Assembly: GCA_009103225.1 (NCBI GenBank)
Contig: RHPI01003369.1
Span: 1,640,017 to 1,704,016, forward strand
DNA from: Chlorokybus atmophyticus
Lineage: Eukaryota > Plantae > Mesostigma and Chlorokybus algae
Direction of reading: 5' to 3'
Length of the DNA: 64,000 nucleotides
The position numbers and the translations under genes are program-made. Under the pieces are notes generated by a model. It was not told the DNA's origin. It ran no database searches and saw only the letters and a program-made list of their open reading frames with translations. Of the stretch, positions 62,705-64,000 are shown piece after piece (within the stretch, counting starts at the first letter, position 1; the number at the start of each line of letters is the position of its first letter).

Positions 62705-63787
62705 ATGGGCGGGGCAATGGCTACCGCTGCAGCCATGCCGCAATGCGTGCATTTGGCCGCAGCTGCCGCCGCAGTGCGGTCCTCCAGGACTGCCGCCCAG
62801 GGGGTGACCAGGCCGGCGGCGGGCGCATTGCTCAGAGCACGCCGGAGTTTGCGGTGTCAACACCAGCACCGTCGCTTACCCTTCTCAGTGCACGCTTCAG
62901 CCGCTGCTTCCTCGTCGTCACAAGTAAGCATGAGCGGCTTTGCCACCTTTGCACCATACACGCAATGCTGCTTGCCTATCACTTATCATACTGATTCACC
63001 TTAGCATGCTTGTTGGTGCAATGTGTGCACCGTTTGATGCGACTTGCTGCGTCATTGTCAACATTCCGTATACCTCACACTCGCGCTGTATGCACTAGAC
63101 TGCTTCACAATTCTCAGCTGTCAAGTACAGTGCACTTGGGTTGGCTCAGGGCACGGTTTTGTAATCACATCATAAGATAGCAGCTTGAAGCACGGGTTAA
63201 GGTCACAATTTGACAGTTGCGTCTACCACATGTGTCCATTGTTTGTCCTTGATATGGCATGCGTCAAGCCAACCACTTGGTGCGCTAATGAACTCAGGTT
63301 CTGTACTATAATCTGTGTATTTGTTGTAATGCAGTGGCAGCCATGCTCGTCAAGCTTGTAACAGTCTCTGCATGCATGCATTGTCCGCATACTGGTTGTA
63401 CTGAAAGCTGCTTGATGAATGAGGCCAACAGTTGCATTTGTGCAGGCTGGTGTGCTTGACGAACCAGCTGTCACGCCCGCCTCTTCACCATCTGGTTCGT
63501 CAGTGAGCCGTGCATACCCCTTTACAGATATTGAAGGCAAATGGCAGGACTACTGGGACAGGCACAAGACTTTTTGTACGCCCCGCGCACCCGACACCAC
63601 GCGACCCAAGTTCTATGCCCTCGACATGTTCCCGTACCCAAGCGGTGCTGGCCTGCACGTCGGCCACCCAGAGGGCTACACCGCCACGGACATCATCTCG
63701 CGGTACAAGCGTATGCGCGGGTTCAACGTGCTGCACCCTATGGGCTGGGACGCTTTTGGCCTTCCGGCTGAGCAATACGCACTGGAG
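62705..63787 (+). CDS. leuS: Organellar (bacterial-type) leucyl-tRNA synthetase, 5' part (exons 62705-62923 and 63446-63787; continues past the window)
   Basis: Ala/Arg/Ser-rich transit peptide; [14 protein letters not shown]; [29 protein letters not shown] (HIGH motif); [17 protein letters not shown]. Confidence 0.96.
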
Positions 63788-64000
63788 GTAAGGTCTGACA
63801 AAATTGGTTGAGCTGTCCTTTGGATTGGTATGGAAGAAAATACACACACAACAGCATGCTTGCTGGACAAGGACGCAGTCAGTGTTGCATGTGACTGTCA
63901 GTGATGCACAAGGGGGCATGAACGCTCACACAGCTGCATGCGTACCATGCACAGGGCTTGTTACTGTAACATCAGCTCGTTCTGCCTGTGTTGTTGTTGA

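Overview
Eukaryotic, intron-rich nuclear DNA (GT-AG introns, many CA/TG-rich intron tracts, one 951-N gap at 40735-41685). The genes are green-lineage type, and a mevalonate-pathway enzyme points to a streptophyte alga rather than a chlorophyte (inference). Two gene-dense blocks flank a transposon-rich island. The left block (0-32 kb) holds a secreted seed-storage-globulin-like bicupin, NADPH-cytochrome P450 reductase, RNA polymerase III largest subunit, mitoribosomal mL45, a RecQ helicase, Tat-SF1/ELF9 and a secreted bacterial-type heparinase II/III-like lyase. The right block (55.8-64 kb) holds a secreted bacterial-type S8/S53-like protease, diphosphomevalonate decarboxylase and the 5' part of an organellar LeuRS. 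The island (about 33-55 kb) contains a 512-bp mini-LTR element whose LTR-PBS junction forms tRNA-like A/B boxes, a LINE relic, an array of about 18 ACCATGCATGGT palindromes, an orphan gene, a long decayed SET-domain/coiled-coil gene, a deleted copia element without TSD, a decayed CACTA/CMC-type transposase and a gag-only element. The motif TTGACAG(TC) is strongly over-represented from 35.8 to 50.6 kb, and related ~100-bp repeats in inverted orientation bracket that stretch. Together these suggest a ~17-kb cargo-carrying DNA transposon with a self-marking motif and a chromatin-modifier cargo (hypothesis). All counts, alignments and exon junctions were read by eye and need computational confirmation.
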